This document shows positions 1-7,096 of a DNA stretch of 56,925 nucleotides, piece by piece (the first letter of the stretch is position 1; the number at the start of each line of letters is the position of its first letter). This stretch comes from a virus (Duplodnaviria; Caudoviricetes). The DNA is taken from the IMG/VR virus record IMGVR_UViG_3300013137_000023, positions 1-56,925 of that record, one strand, 5' to 3'. A model generated the notes under the pieces. The model made no database searches. It was given only the letters and a program-made list of their open reading frames with translations, and was not told where the DNA came from. A program made the translations under genes and the position numbers.

Positions 1-296
1 GCGCTGCATTGCAGATAATCCGGTATGGCAAAATACAGTCTGGAAATTTTCCCATCTTTCCTGGGGTTATCCGGGTCATAACTTCTATGGCCGTGACGCT
101 TTTGGAGGTCCCTTTTAAGATCCGCCCTACTGATCTTTAACTCAACCTCATAGGCATAATTATTTTTAGTCAGTACCAAGAGGTCGATTTCATACAGATT
201 CAGCCCCCACGACACATTGGGAACGGTAAGGTTCACCCGAGGATTGAAATACTGGGCGACGGCGATCTCCATTTCCAGGGTCGTTATTTTAGCCAC
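1..296 (-). CDS. 5' part of the PD-(D/E)XK-like gene also at 56357-56896 (truncated by the window edge)
   Basis: Same frame and GTG start as 56896; allelic variant. Confidence 0.8.
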   Translation of the reverse strand, partial: MAKITTLEMEIAVAQYFNPRVNLTVPNVSWGLNLYEIDLLVLTKNNYAYEVELKISRADLKRDLQKRHGHRSYDPDNPRKDGKISRLYFAIPDYLQCS

Positions 297-325
297 GGCT
301 TCTTCTTTCCCACCGCCTTACTTAA
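1..325. repeat. Terminal direct repeat, left copy (circular-genome overlap)
   Basis: 1-325 aligns without gaps to 56601-56925 with 12 substitutions. Confidence 0.95.
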
Positions 326-514
326 ATCAAGCATGGCCTTGCTGATTACTTGCCTTAGATAATTATTCCCTGTTTTGACCGGCTCTTCGTTATCCCTGAT
401 CCGATTAACCATCCAGACCGCCCGATTGATTTCAGTATGGGCATTAATAATAAATTGGTATCTTATTTCTCCCACGGCACTTCCTCCCATTATTTCCCCT
501 CTATAGCCGGACAC
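284..514 (-). CDS. Hypothetical protein
   Basis: ORF overlapping both neighbours, co-oriented. Confidence 0.55.
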   Translation of the reverse strand: MSGYRGEIMGGSAVGEIRYQFIINAHTEINRAVWMVNRIRDNEEPVKTGNNYLRQVISKAMLDLSKAVGKKKPWLK

Positions 515-1347
515 CCATCCCGGCTGGTGCAGATTTCCCGGCAGTATTCAAGATGTTTTTGCCCTCCATTGGGGCAGTCGATTAATTGCTCCGGTTTAGG
601 CGTCTCCGGGTCGGTGGTATCTTTGGCCGTCTTAGGGGTTGAACGTTGATCCTGGGGCTTGGGCGTGTTTCTAACCCATGCAATAAACCCTTCCCATGTC
701 GGGTTTGATTCTCCTGCGGTAAGATATTGCTTTAAACGCTCTCTGGCCTGGGGTTGTTTATCTTTAGGGAGCTTGGAGATTTCGGATTCAAAGGGTTGGT
801 TGTTTTGCTTGGCTTGTGTTTTTTCGGTTGGCTTAATTACTTCTCCCTCAAGCGGTATTTCATCTGCGGTGTATGGCAATCCCCCTATTTCCTCCGGGAA
901 AGCTGTCCTGAAAGCCTGTGCTATAGCAACCTTGCGAAGCATAGTTTTTGGTTTAGATTTCCACATAGAATTACCAAGATTATATTCCTCAGCCCACACC
1001 TTGATAGTTAAGGGTTTAGACCAATCCTTCCGGTAAACGGTACACCACGCTTGTTTACCGTCATCGGAAACATCTGCTTCCCATCCATCCAGTTTCCCCG
1101 ACCTCTCGGCCCGTTTCAAATACACCTCATAGCCGGTAATGATATTAAACCTGTCTCCGTAGGGAATAGCATAAACCTCCCGTTTAAAGGGATTCAGATT
1201 GTTAATATGGGCAACCTGATAAAACATGTTCTTTTGTTGTTCGGTTAATTTTGTTCCAGACGAAAACAGGTAGTTATCAATATCTTGTTTTGAAATTAAT
1301 AGTTGAACATCTGCCTTAACCATCTCATACTTTTCTTGCGTTTCCAT
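490..1347 (-). CDS. bet: Phage single-strand annealing recombinase, Bet/RecT family
   Basis: LNPFKREVYAIPY, IITGYEVYLKRA and WKSKPKTMLRKVAIAQAFRTAFP motifs; SD GGAGG; next to an exonuclease. Confidence 0.85.
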   Translation of the reverse strand: METQEKYEMVKADVQLLISKQDIDNYLFSSGTKLTEQQKNMFYQVAHINNLNPFKREVYAIPYGDRFNIITGYEVYLKRAERSGKLDGWEADVSDDGKQAWCTVYRKDWSKPLTIKVWAEEYNLGNSMWKSKPKTMLRKVAIAQAFRTAFPEEIGGLPYTADEIPLEGEVIKPTEKTQAKQNNQPFESEISKLPKDKQPQARERLKQYLTAGESNPTWEGFIAWVRNTPKPQDQRSTPKTAKDTTDPETPKPEQLIDCPNGGQKHLEYCREICTSRDGCPAIEGK

Positions 1348-1356
1348 AATTCCTCC

Positions 1357-2022
1357 CTATACTCTTTGTTTTAGTTTTTTATCTAAATCGTATGCTTTTC
1401 TGAATAGTTTAAACTGCTCCCAAGCATCATCCAGTTCGCTCCAAAAGTGGTGTGCAAAGTCTGCGTGTTCTTTGGAAAACCTTAAAAGGTGAAAGCCCCC
1501 CGTTATTGGTTCAGAAGGATTGTTTTCCTCCCATAATTGTTTATAGGCTGATATTTGCAGTAGATAGTCGGGATAAATGGCGTTGCTTGTCTTAAAATCT
1601 AAAATACAAAGATCGCCCCTTGAATCAAACCCCAAGGCATCCGGGCAACCTCCAAACATAAATTCAGTGCTTACCATTTCCATTTCTTGGTAAACTATTT
1701 CAATTTTGTTATCTTCTTGCCAACGGACATAGTTTAAATACCCCTGTGAGGCTTGCGATACTATTTCTTGCGGTACGTCTGTAAGGTCTGGTAACGGCTT
1801 CCGGTATATGTGTGATTCAACCATACTGTGGGCCAATGTTCCCGCCTCAGCCGCTTCATCTCTCTTGTCATATAGGGAAGATATTTCCCCCCTTTCTGCC
1901 GCCTTGCCCTGCTCAAAGGCCCAATAAAGTAATCCACCAGAATCTTTAAAGCGGCCAATTATAGTTGTAACTCCGGGAACTGTTTTACCGTTTACTTTAT
2001 ACCCACCTTTCGGATGTGGCAT
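1357..2022 (-). CDS. PD-(D/E)XK exonuclease (Cas4/lambda-exo-like), likely partner of Bet
   Basis: PGVTTII, GTLAH, GCPD...ILDFKTS, QISAY motifs. Confidence 0.8.
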   Translation of the reverse strand: MPHPKGGYKVNGKTVPGVTTIIGRFKDSGGLLYWAFEQGKAAERGEISSLYDKRDEAAEAGTLAHSMVESHIYRKPLPDLTDVPQEIVSQASQGYLNYVRWQEDNKIEIVYQEMEMVSTEFMFGGCPDALGFDSRGDLCILDFKTSNAIYPDYLLQISAYKQLWEENNPSEPITGGFHLLRFSKEHADFAHHFWSELDDAWEQFKLFRKAYDLDKKLKQRV

Positions 2023-2034
2023 TACTCATCCCCC

Positions 2035-2223
2035 CTATCTGTATCTCATTAAAAAATCAGCAATATCCCTTAACTCGTCAGCTTTCTTAATAAAACTGCA
2101 TTCATCATAGGCAATGGTTTCGCCCCTGCTGATCCTGTATTGATTAAGTGACACCATGCCTTGAATTTCGGCCTCTATTGCCAGTATGTTTGCTCTGGTT
2201 GCTAAAAAATAAGCCTCATCCAT
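2035..2223 (-). CDS. Hypothetical phage protein
   Basis: ORF with AGGGGG SD-like site, co-oriented. Confidence 0.6.
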   Translation of the reverse strand: MDEAYFLATRANILAIEAEIQGMVSLNQYRISRGETIAYDECSFIKKADELRDIADFLMRYR

Positions 2224-2285
2224 TTTCTCGTCCCCCTTTTCTGGCGCTTGGAGGCTCTTTGTATTTCCAGCCCATTTCTTTTTTT

Positions 2286-2537
2286 TTAGTCATCTTCCCC
2301 CCTCATCTCCTGGATACCCCACCGGATATACTCATCCATAGCGGAAGGGTTCTCGTTAAAATACCGTTCCATCCAGGCATATTTCCGGTTTTCGTCCTGA
2401 GTCAATTCAAACCTGGCGTCCTCACGAAACCAGGACTCATGAAGTTTGTCCACAATTCGGTCGCCAGTTGCCCTCGGCCTGACGATCATCCCGTTTCCAT
2501 GATGGGCCTTTAGCCCGTAGTCCTGTTGACGTTCCAT
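2286..2537 (-). CDS. Hypothetical phage protein
   Basis: AGGAGG SD before ATG. Confidence 0.6.
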   Translation of the reverse strand: MERQQDYGLKAHHGNGMIVRPRATGDRIVDKLHESWFREDARFELTQDENRKYAWMERYFNENPSAMDEYIRWGIQEMRGEDD

Positions 2538-2550
2538 GGTTCCTCCTTCT

Positions 2551-2604
2551 GTGTATCATGCGCTTTTTCGTGATACACGGTTTCCGCTCAATTACTTGTT
2601 ATGC
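2551..2604 (+). repeat. Truncated attC (3' half only), left boundary of the array
   Basis: CCGCTCAATTACTT-GTTATGC R' end at 2598-2604 and hairpin 2551-2578; no R'' seen. Confidence 0.55.
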
Positions 2605-2853
2605 GTCTTGCGGAAGTATCGCCTCACACTCACGCCACAGCCTCGCAGGGTCGTGGTGCCGCGTGAAGTCCAGCAACACCTTCAAGGCCTCTCGGTCCAT
2701 ACCAAGCGAGTGAACTGGGTCGTGTTGCGACAGCAGCAAAGCGCAGCATTCCCGAGTCAGGGCCAGATCAAGCCTTGCTTCTACGTTTTCGCGCTCGGCC
2801 ATCCACCGCTTCACGGTGTCGTTGTTGCAGGGACATATACCAAATTCGTTCAT
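2599..2853 (-). CDS. Cassette A hypothetical protein (inverted orientation)
   Basis: AAGGAGG SD; stop codon lies in the R' core. Confidence 0.7.
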   Translation of the reverse strand: MNEFGICPCNNDTVKRWMAERENVEARLDLALTRECCALLLSQHDPVHSLGMDREALKVLLDFTRHHDPARLWRECEAILPQDA

Positions 2854-2874
2854 GTCTTCCTCCTTTCATCACAC

Positions 2875-2933
2875 GCCTAACCTGGCGTTGCAGCGGACCC
2901 GTGTGCCACGGCCCGCCGAACTTTTCGTTAGTA
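2875..2933 (+). repeat. attC site 1
   Basis: GCCTAAC...CAGCGGAC...CCGCCGAACTTTTC-GTTAGTA imperfect palindrome. Confidence 0.85.
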
Positions 2934-3086
2934 TTAATAAATAACGGCGTAGTAAATTACATAAAACCATGAAAATATGCCGTGTAAAATAGCCCATAAA
3001 ATTGATTTATTAATGCTCCATGAAATAGTTACTGCTATCGCAGACCCTAAACCAATTCCAGAACTTGTTGCTGTTTCTTTATTCAT
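2934..3086 (-). CDS. Cassette B small membrane protein (~50 aa)
   Basis: Hydrophobic GIGLGSAIAVTISWSINKSILWAILHGIFSWFYVIYY; the ORF extends upstream to 3149 inside attC2. Confidence 0.75.
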   Translation of the reverse strand: MNKETATSSGIGLGSAIAVTISWSINKSILWAILHGIFSWFYVIYYAVIY

Positions 3087-3113
3087 AATGATGAACCTTT
3101 CTTTAATTAAAAA

Positions 3114-3169
3114 TACTAACAAGGTCAATTCAGCGGACTCGTTCCTCACCGCTGATTTTTTCGTTGGCC
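3114..3169 (+). repeat. attC site 2
   Basis: TACTAAC...TCAGCGGAC...CCGCTGA...C-GTTGGCC. Confidence 0.8.
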
Positions 3170-3360
3170 TTCACAATGTCGGGGTGGCATTCCGTGCAGT
3201 ACGCCTCACGACGAAACGGCGTGTAGCTCTGACCAGGTGTCCCGGCCCACTCCGACCACTCGTACCTCTCCCGCACCTTGTCGCACCCCGTGCATTTGCC
3301 ACGAGGAAGGCGAACAAGGCGATGGAGGACTACCTTCATTCGCTCGCTTCGCTCACTCAT
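3130..3360 (-). CDS. Cassette C Cys-rich (CxxC...CxxC) hypothetical protein
   Basis: CTGC and CTEC; ORF starts inside attC3 and ends inside attC2. Confidence 0.6.
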   Translation of the reverse strand: MSERSERMKVVLHRLVRLPRGKCTGCDKVRERYEWSEWAGTPGQSYTPFRREAYCTECHPDIVKANEKISGEERVR

Positions 3361-3387
3361 TTCGGAGCCTCAACTTTCTCGTTATGT
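3309..3387 (+). repeat. attC site 3
   Basis: GGCGAAC...TGGAGGACTAC...GGAGCCTCAACTTTCTC-GTTATGT. Confidence 0.75.
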
Positions 3388-3621
3388 GGAACTTTTGGCT
3401 AAATCACCAGCCATTATTTCTACTGTATAACCTTCTCTATTAGCAACTTGTAGAAATCCAAAATCAAACCTTGTTCCCTCAGTAAATCTATAATGGTCAG
3501 AGGCAGTTACTCGTAGTTCGTGTTCATATCCTGTTTTAGGGTCGCATTTAACCCATATTGCAATTATTTTTTTCATCTTTTCCATTTTAATCTCCCGCCA
3601 AAAGTCCACATAACAAGCCAA
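3382..3621 (-). CDS. Cassette D hypothetical protein
   Basis: ORF fills the cassette; stop codon in the R' core; true start may be MEKMKK. Confidence 0.65.
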   Translation of the reverse strand: MACYVDFWREIKMEKMKKIIAIWVKCDPKTGYEHELRVTASDHYRFTEGTRFDFGFLQVANREGYTVEIMAGDLAKSST

Positions 3622-3735
3622 TCAAACCGACAAAAAATATCGGTGGTGCTGTTAAGGGTCTTGGCTATTTTTAATTTGTAAATCATTTAATTATTTCATT
3701 CTCATTTTTTGCGGTTTATCGGCAAAGCGTTAGGC
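3608..3735 (+). repeat. attC site 4 (long, 128 bp, AT-rich loop)
   Basis: ACATAAC AAGCCAATCAAACCGACAAAAAA...TTTTTTGCGGTTTATCGGCAAAGC-GTTAGGC. Confidence 0.8.
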
Positions 3736-3944
3736 GGCACATCGCCAGATGCTCCTGCGAGTATCCCGCCAGGTGCGTACATCGCCTCAAACTCTCCGTC
3801 CCACTGCACGAAAGAGCGCGTCCCGTCGTGCATCGCCCAAAGCTTGCCGCATCGCGTACAGCCGACTTTCCGCGCTCCGTGGTTCAACACTCGCTCAACA
3901 ATGTAGCGATGGCCGAATACTGCGCAAATCAACCGTTCGAGCAT
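3702..3944 (-). CDS. Cassette E small phage protein (DUF1660-like C...GH, CxxC)
   Basis: LICAVFGHRY...CTRCG; GAGGAGG SD. Confidence 0.65.
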   Translation of the reverse strand: MLERLICAVFGHRYIVERVLNHGARKVGCTRCGKLWAMHDGTRSFVQWDGEFEAMYAPGGILAGASGDVPPNALPINRKK

Positions 3945-3959
3945 ATATCAACCCTCCTC

Positions 3960-4026
3960 GCCTAACCCGGCGTTCGAGCGGGACGCTTCGCCTATCGGCT
4001 TCGCGCCCCTCAACTTTGCGTTATGT
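3960..4026 (+). repeat. attC site 5
   Basis: GCCTAACCCGGCGTTCGAGCGGGACGC...GCGCCCCTCAACTTTGC-GTTATGT, classic attC pattern. Confidence 0.92.
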
Positions 4027-4041
4027 GTTGAAGGGAGACCG

Positions 4042-4236
4042 TCATGTCACAATTTGGATTACCTTGTTTTTTAGAAAATTTAAGGCTTTTCGCAAACCCA
4101 CAGACAGAGCCAGAAAAATACAATCTTTACAATGGTCTTCGGAGTATGTCTGAGGGCCTTGCATCTTTAGTCCTAATCGTTGACAATATTCAGACGCAGT
4201 TAGATCAGATAAATAGAAAATTGGATCAGCTTTCAT
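4042..4236 (-). CDS. Possible antisense ORF fully overlapping the cassette F gene
   Basis: AGGAGG SD 5 nt before ATG on - strand; 64 aa. Confidence 0.4.
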   Translation of the reverse strand: MKADPIFYLSDLTASEYCQRLGLKMQGPQTYSEDHCKDCIFLALSVGLRKALNFLKNKVIQIVT

Positions 4237-4238
4237 AA
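4044..4238 (+). CDS. Cassette F hypothetical coiled-coil protein (canonical cassette orientation)
   Basis: GAAGGGAG SD just after R'; heptad-like C-terminus. Confidence 0.65.
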   Translation: MSQFGLPCFLENLRLFANPQTEPEKYNLYNGLRSMSEGLASLVLIVDNIQTQLDQINRKLDQLS

Positions 4239-4262
4239 TAACCTCCTATTAAAAATTAAATC

Positions 4263-4311
4263 ACATAACAACCGGCTCGACTTGACGAGCAAGTCAGCCG
4301 GGACGTTATGC
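4263..4311 (+). repeat. attC site 6 (minimal, 49 bp)
   Basis: ACATAACAACCGGCTCGACTTGACGAGCAAGTCAGCCGGGAC-GTTATGC. Confidence 0.8.
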
Positions 4312-4612
4312 TCTTTGAATCTGGCTTGCAATGTAGGGTTGCAAGGTTGGGCAAATACCTTTCAGAGGAGGTGGTTAACTTGAAAAAGTTAATACACATT
4401 TTGAAGGGGGCGCGCTTCCGAGTTATTAATCATTTGTACCACCCTTGAACGTGTTAGGCTATCATTTTTGAGTTCAAGAGCCGCTTGATTAGACTTTGGA
4501 AGGCAGAAGGTAATAGTAATGTCTCTTTCTGCTTCGATAGTCGGGCAAAGGGAACACACATTACCGCGCCGCCCTTCTTTTCCATTCCTACATTGCAAGC
4601 CAGATTCAAAGA
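4312..4612 (+). ncRNA. Candidate structured ncRNA in cassette G (retron msr-msd-like architecture)
   Basis: Perfect 26-bp IR (4312-4337/4587-4612), two short stem-loops, then a long branched stem; GAAA loop and G.U pairs favour + strand. Confidence 0.55.
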
Positions 4613-4663
4613 TCGTTTGTGGCTAATACCCACGAAAATATTATAAAAAAATAAAAGTTGATA

Positions 4664-4726
4664 GCATAACCACCGGCTCGACCTCGACCGCCAAAAGACG
4701 GCGGCAGGTCAGCCGGAGCGTTATGC
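4664..4726 (+). repeat. attC site 7
   Basis: GCATAACCACCGGCTCGACCTCGACCGCC...GGCGGCAGGTCAGCCGGAGC-GTTATGC; related to attC6. Confidence 0.88.
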
Positions 4727-4739
4727 GTAAATATCACCA

Positions 4740-5390
4740 TCACCTATTTGCCTCAAAGAACGCTTGTGCAAATCCAGGCGGTGTAATTGCCCTGCGTTCC
4801 TGCCTTGTGTATTTGCCGTAATATTCCGGGTATATGTCCTTGCTCTTGAGCATCGAAAACTTAACCATGCCAGACGGCTTCTCGGTTGTTTTCGGAAGGG
4901 GCTTGTTGAACTTACCCCACAGCGCCGTTGTCTTCTGGTAGTTGTCTCCATATTCCCACGGCTGGAAGATCATCGCTGGTTCTTTTAGCCACTTCTTGAG
5001 CAAGCTGTTTGCCGGATTCTCTATGGCCCAAAACTTCGGCTGTGCGGTCAGTATTATCCGGCAACATGCCGCAGCCACTTCAAGCCCTGCCTCGAAATCG
5101 TGCGTGTAGTTTCCCTTGCAATGGAAATATTTGGCTATGCTGAAATTATCGCAGGGCGTGGCGGCTAAAATGCCGTACACGTTATCAGGTGGTATGTAGA
5201 GCCTGACATCATCAGTAGGCAGAGTTACTATTCTCACATCATAGCCTGCTTCGACATAGGGGCGGCTCCATGAGCCCGTGCCTCCACAAAGATCAAGAAT
5301 GATACGATGCGCATAACAAGCGCATCGAGAGGGACGCGGTATCCCGCCGTCTTCTTTTTTCATTTCTGCCTTATTCACCGCGCCCCTCAT
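4740..5390 (-). CDS. Cassette H short C5-cytosine DNA methyltransferase-like protein
   Basis: Motif I LDLCGGTG, motif IV ATPC, motif VI IENP; start codon inside attC8. Confidence 0.75.
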   Translation of the reverse strand: MRGAVNKAEMKKEDGGIPRPSRCACYAHRIILDLCGGTGSWSRPYVEAGYDVRIVTLPTDDVRLYIPPDNVYGILAATPCDNFSIAKYFHCKGNYTHDFEAGLEVAAACCRIILTAQPKFWAIENPANSLLKKWLKEPAMIFQPWEYGDNYQKTTALWGKFNKPLPKTTEKPSGMVKFSMLKSKDIYPEYYGKYTRQERRAITPPGFAQAFFEANR

Positions 5391-5404
5391 GCTTGTCGTT
5401 ATTT
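5311..5404 (+). repeat. attC site 8, right boundary of the array
   Basis: GCATAACAAGCGCATCGAGAGGGACGCGG...CCGCGCCCCTCATGCTTGTC-GTTATTT. Confidence 0.88.
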
Positions 5405-5776
5405 CCCCCTGTTCGGTTCATTAGGATCAATTGTTTGTTTATAAGACCACATAATAAAATCAAGAATTGTTTCTGATAAACTTCCCCCGGTAATATTGAT
5501 CCAGTCTGCAACTAATTCGTCCAAGCATTTATGTAATTCAATGTGCCTGATTTTATGCTCTGATTTACTCATATTCCTGTAGTCCTTTTGTGTTCCCATC
5601 AATTTCTTCCTTTCAGTATTATACATATCGAACGCTTTTGGGTTGCCGTAGTAATTCCCGCTTTCATCAAGAAACAAAAGGTTCCGTTTTCTAAATGTGC
5701 CTTTGCAATTATGAGGGCCAATACCGCCCAAGTTTCTTCCACACCATAGGCATTTATAGGGCTTGTTATTCATCAT
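5399..5776 (-). CDS. Hypothetical phage protein
   Basis: GGAGGG SD; CxxC; HIELHKCLDELVAD segment. Confidence 0.65.
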   Translation of the reverse strand: MMNNKPYKCLWCGRNLGGIGPHNCKGTFRKRNLLFLDESGNYYGNPKAFDMYNTERKKLMGTQKDYRNMSKSEHKIRHIELHKCLDELVADWINITGGSLSETILDFIMWSYKQTIDPNEPNRGK

Positions 5777-6162
5777 CCCTCCAATTCCAGTTTGAGCTGT
5801 CCCGCCAGTTTTGCGGCGGTTATGTTTCCCTGAATTGATACCGTCCTTAGATAGTCGAAGGCCCTGCGTCTGAGTTGTTCAATCCATGTCTTGTGTTCTT
5901 CGGGGTCAACTATCCACCAGTAACCCACTTCAAAGTCGGCCCCTATGGGATGTCCAAATCGCCTGAAATCCCGGATAATCTTTTGGACCTGCTTTTGTCC
6001 AACCCCGGTCATTCCGGTTATTTCCCGGCTTGTCATGGCGTTTTCCCGGCCTTGACAACTGAGGTAAAGCAATGACAGGATGTTCTTTTCAGACTGGTTT
6101 GTGTGTGCGTACATTATTTCCCTCCCTTTGACGCCTGCTTCCGGGCCATCAAAAACCCCCAA
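5773..6162 (-). CDS. Winged helix-turn-helix DNA-binding protein
   Basis: TSREITGMTGVGQKQVQKIIRDFRRFGHPI...GYW pattern; probable start MYAH. Confidence 0.7.
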   Translation of the reverse strand: MGVFDGPEAGVKGREIMYAHTNQSEKNILSLLYLSCQGRENAMTSREITGMTGVGQKQVQKIIRDFRRFGHPIGADFEVGYWWIVDPEEHKTWIEQLRRRAFDYLRTVSIQGNITAAKLAGQLKLELEG

Positions 6163-6419
6163 TAATTACCGTCCTGAAGCTCGCCAGTTACCCACCGAAG
6201 GGCATCAATATTGCCTAAGCAGTAGGTCTTGTTCTTAGCCTCTCCGTAGACCTTATTCAATTCCCGGATCATAAACTCAGCCTTGGCTTTCTGGTCCTTT
6301 TGGGCCTGAACCAGTTCGGAAAGTTGCCGGTCAAGTCTGCGATTGAGCGTCCCAAGAAATAACCCTGCTATCAGGGTAAGGATAATCAAGGCGATAAAGA
6401 TTATTTCAAGTGTTGTCAT
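6114..6419 (-). CDS. Hypothetical protein with N-terminal TM helix
   Basis: Hydrophobic N-terminus then coiled coil. Confidence 0.55.
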   Translation of the reverse strand: MTTLEIIFIALIILTLIAGLFLGTLNRRLDRQLSELVQAQKDQKAKAEFMIRELNKVYGEAKNKTYCLGNIDALRWVTGELQDGNYWGFLMARKQASKGGK

Positions 6420-6536
6420 TCCCCACCTGCCTTTCCCGTTGTTCCCGGTATTCGGTTTCGCTCGATTTGAGTAGGGCCACGACTATCAATGAAATCCAAG
6501 CCCCGACAAAACAGCCAAGTATAAAGCTAAGCATAT

Positions 6537-6743
6537 TTACCTCCCCGTCAGCCTATTTTTCTTTCCGTTACAGGACCGATAGGGAAACGGCCCTCCCATT
6601 TTCTGCCATTGCTCACGAAGCGCCCGGTTTTCAAACCTCGCCGCCCATGCTCCTCTTTCGTGGTCCCTTGCCGTTTTACCTACACGCATTATTTTACTTT
6701 CATTCATCCTCTTTGCCTCCTCTCTGCCTTGCAATGACAGCAA
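6537..6743 (-). CDS. Hypothetical protein
   Basis: Co-oriented short ORF. Confidence 0.4.
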   Translation of the reverse strand: MLSLQGREEAKRMNESKIMRVGKTARDHERGAWAARFENRALREQWQKMGGPFPYRSCNGKKNRLTGR

Positions 6744-7096
6744 ACATTACTTAAACCGTCTTTGCTTTTCACATTTGGTGTAAAGTCCTTCTTGACCCTC
6801 AGACGCCCGCATACATGACAACGCTTATATCTGACGTCCTTAAGCGATATCTTACTATTTTCATAAATATCACGTTCCTTACGCCACCGACCTCCACGGA
6901 AAGCGTTCTTACGGCTCGGCTTATGGTAGGTCGTTTCCTTTACCGGGCTTTCGTTCCAGTCGGTAAACAGCTTAATGGCTTGGTACTGTCGGCATCGGTA
7001 ACAGGAGCTTTCATGGCCCATGATTTTTCCAAGCAGGTCATGTCTGGTTAGGCATGAATCAACCGATAAGCGGCAATGGAGGCGGGCGCAATTCAT
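6704..7096 (-). CDS. Cys-rich (zinc-finger-like) hypothetical protein
   Basis: CYRC, CHVC, CCHC; GGAGG SD. Confidence 0.6.
   Translation of the reverse strand: MNCARLHCRLSVDSCLTRHDLLGKIMGHESSCYRCRQYQAIKLFTDWNESPVKETTYHKPSRKNAFRGGRWRKERDIYENSKISLKDVRYKRCHVCGRLRVKKDFTPNVKSKDGLSNVCCHCKAERRQRG

Larger units (their letters stand above)
2551..5404 (+). mobile_element. Integron-type gene cassette array lacking an integrase (CALIN-like), 8 cassettes
   Basis: 8 complete attC sites plus a half site, all with top strand on +; each cassette's first 8-10 nt are complementary to its own R'' end. Confidence 0.88.

Noticed and set aside
1-325. Diversity-generating retroelement TR/VR pair (1-325 vs 56601-56925)
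   Set aside because: Mismatches are not adenine-specific and are mostly synonymous, no RT is present, and the copies sit at the contig ends.
4340-4400. c-di-GMP-I riboswitch (GGGCAAA...)
   Set aside because: The GNRA stem with its receptor and the downstream GCAAAG/P2 elements are not arranged as required.
4389-4598. 69-aa - strand ORF in cassette G
   Set aside because: No SD, and it starts inside the inverted repeat; RNA structure explains the region better.
2551-5404. CRISPR array or REP/terminator repeats
   Set aside because: Repeats differ in sequence and length, are separated by gene-sized units and carry attC R''/R' cores.
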